Shown: piece after piece, positions 56,351 through 57,565 of the stretch
How the letters are laid out: each line of letters begins with the position of its first letter
Numbering within the stretch: the first letter of the stretch is position 1
From: a virus
Lineage: Duplodnaviria; Caudoviricetes
DNA: 57,565 nt
Virus record (IMG/VR): IMGVR_UViG_3300045170_000116
Coordinates: 1 to 57,565 of that record
Reading direction: 5' to 3' (one strand)
Position numbers and translations under genes: made by a program
The notes under the pieces: generated by a model
What the model saw: only the letters and a program-made list of their open reading frames with translations
What the model was told of the DNA's origin: nothing
Database searches by the model: none

Positions 56351-56415
56351 CCTCGAAATGGGTTAGCCAAAAACCACCGAATTCTATTGGAATTTCAAGA
56401 CCCTCTGGGGCCCGG

Positions 56416-56500
56416 TGGTGGAGGGGACTGGATTCGAACCAGTGTACGCTAAGCGGTCAGATTTACAGTCTGATGGATTTAACCACTCTCCCACCCCTCC
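56416..56500 (-). tRNA. tRNA-Tyr(GTA), probable attB
   Basis: 85-nt cloverleaf with long variable arm, CTGTAAA loop, CCA end facing integrase. Confidence 0.97.
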
Positions 56501-56700
56501 ACATTCTCGGGTGAGACAACGAAGCGCTCGGCGTTTCGTCGGGCCGGTTTATGGTTGGCTGTCGCAAAGGTGTCAACACCCTTCCGTCACCCTTGTGCAG
56601 AAATCTTGTGATAGATGAAAAAACTTGGCCTATCCCCAAGCCCCACTTGCCTTGTCGTCCGCGTTCGGGATAAGCCAATTTCGGCTTTAGCCTCGTAAGG

Positions 56701-56774
56701 GCGGGTATAGCTCAATGGTAGAGCAGCAGCCTTCCAAGCTGAATACGCGGGTTCGATTCCCGCTACCCGCTCCA
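56701..56774 (+). tRNA. tRNA-Gly(TCC)
   Basis: GCGGGTA..CTTCCAA..GGTTCGATTCC..TACCCGC-T-CCA. Confidence 0.97.
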
Positions 56775-56809
56775 TTTCCCCTTCATTCAGTTGCGGAAAG
56801 GCGCTTTTC

Positions 56810-57565
56810 ATGAGCCGCAACAAATTTCCGCCCAAGCCCAAGTATGACCCTGATACCGGGCCGGTCTATCTCTATGGCATCCACACCGTTCGTGCCGCGC
56901 TGGACAACCCGCTGCGGCTGAAGAAGGAATTGCTGGTCACGCCCAACGCCCTCAACCGGCTGAAGGAAAGTGGCGATATCGGCAAGGTTTCCGTCAAGGA
57001 AACGACGCCCAAGGAACTCGACCGGCTGCTCGGCGGCGAAGCCGTGCACCAGGGCGCGGCGCTAGAAGTCGATCCGGTGAGCCGTTTTGGCCTGACTGAC
57101 ATAAAGCAGCTGCGTCTCGTTGTCGTGCTCGATCAACTGACCGATCCGCACAATGTCGGCGCGATCCTGCGCACCGCCTGCGCCTTTGGTGCCGATGCCG
57201 TCATCACGACCGCGCGCCACTCGCCGCGCGAAACCGGTGTCATGGCCAAGGCCGCTTCGGGCGCGCTCGACCTCGTGCCGATGATCGAAGTGCGCAATCT
57301 GGGCGACGCGATCGAGACGCTCAAGGAGCGCGGCCTGACCGTGCTCGGCTTCGATTCCGAGGCCCCTGCCCCCCTCCGCCCACGCACCGACGACCGGCCG
57401 ATGGCCGTGGTTCTCGGCGCCGAAGGCAAGGGCCTGCGCCAGCGCACGCGCGAGCTCTGCGACGAAATGGTGCGTCTCGACATGCCGGGACCGATTAAAT
57501 CCCTCAACGTGTCCAATGCCGCCGCCATCGCCCTCTTCGCAGCGACCGCCGGGAGACAGTCATGA
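56810..57565 (+). CDS. rlmB: TrmH/SpoU-family 23S rRNA methyltransferase (host)
   Basis: DPHNVGAILRT, GAEGKG, SLNVSNAA. Confidence 0.88.
   Translation: MSRNKFPPKPKYDPDTGPVYLYGIHTVRAALDNPLRLKKELLVTPNALNRLKESGDIGKVSVKETTPKELDRLLGGEAVHQGAALEVDPVSRFGLTDIKQLRLVVVLDQLTDPHNVGAILRTACAFGADAVITTARHSPRETGVMAKAASGALDLVPMIEVRNLGDAIETLKERGLTVLGFDSEAPAPLRPRTDDRPMAVVLGAEGKGLRQRTRELCDEMVRLDMPGPIKSLNVSNAAAIALFAATAGRQS

Larger units (their letters stand above)
1..56415. mobile_element. Temperate siphovirus-like prophage, probably integrated at tRNA-Tyr; left boundary not seen
   Basis: Complete module order lysis-tail-head-terminase-replication-cro/cI-recombination-xis-int ending next to the tRNA-Tyr 3' end. 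Confidence 0.93.

Noticed and set aside
56415-56841. ORFs MVEGTGFEPV... and MERVAGIEPA...
   Set aside because: Antisense translations of tRNA-Tyr and tRNA-Gly

Overview
Nearly complete ~56 kb temperate siphovirus-type prophage in an alphaproteobacterial (Hyphomicrobiales-like, GC-rich) chromosome. Its right end is xis-int next to the 3' end of host tRNA-Tyr, followed by host tRNA-Gly and a TrmH/RlmB-family methyltransferase. The left att site is not visible. Minus strand: Cro/early-replication genes, terminase, portal, P22-type coat, tail and lysis genes. Plus strand: CI, recombination (ERF, NinB), xis/int and many morons. The most unusual signals are non-coding. (1) A 1.5 kb RNA-rich moron between the endolysin and tail genes holds three tandem sRNA-like units, each with a GGAAC-N16/17-C(G/A)TT sigma-EcfG promoter and a GCCCYGG terminator, followed by a C4/CI-like antisense RNA with target sites in the leaders of two paralogous small ORFs. 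(2) A complete tRNA-Gln(UUG) cloverleaf sits in-frame, on the same strand, inside the CDS of a phage GapR (DUF2312) protein. Also present: a toxin-antitoxin-third-gene (TAC-like) operon, a RexAB-like soluble+membrane pair, LexA-boxed operons, an Arc/Mnt-KilA immI-like module, a GH75-like moron between an intact and a pseudogenised head-tail gene, and a hidden tail-chaperone frameshift ORF. Family names come from motif recognition by eye, not database searches.
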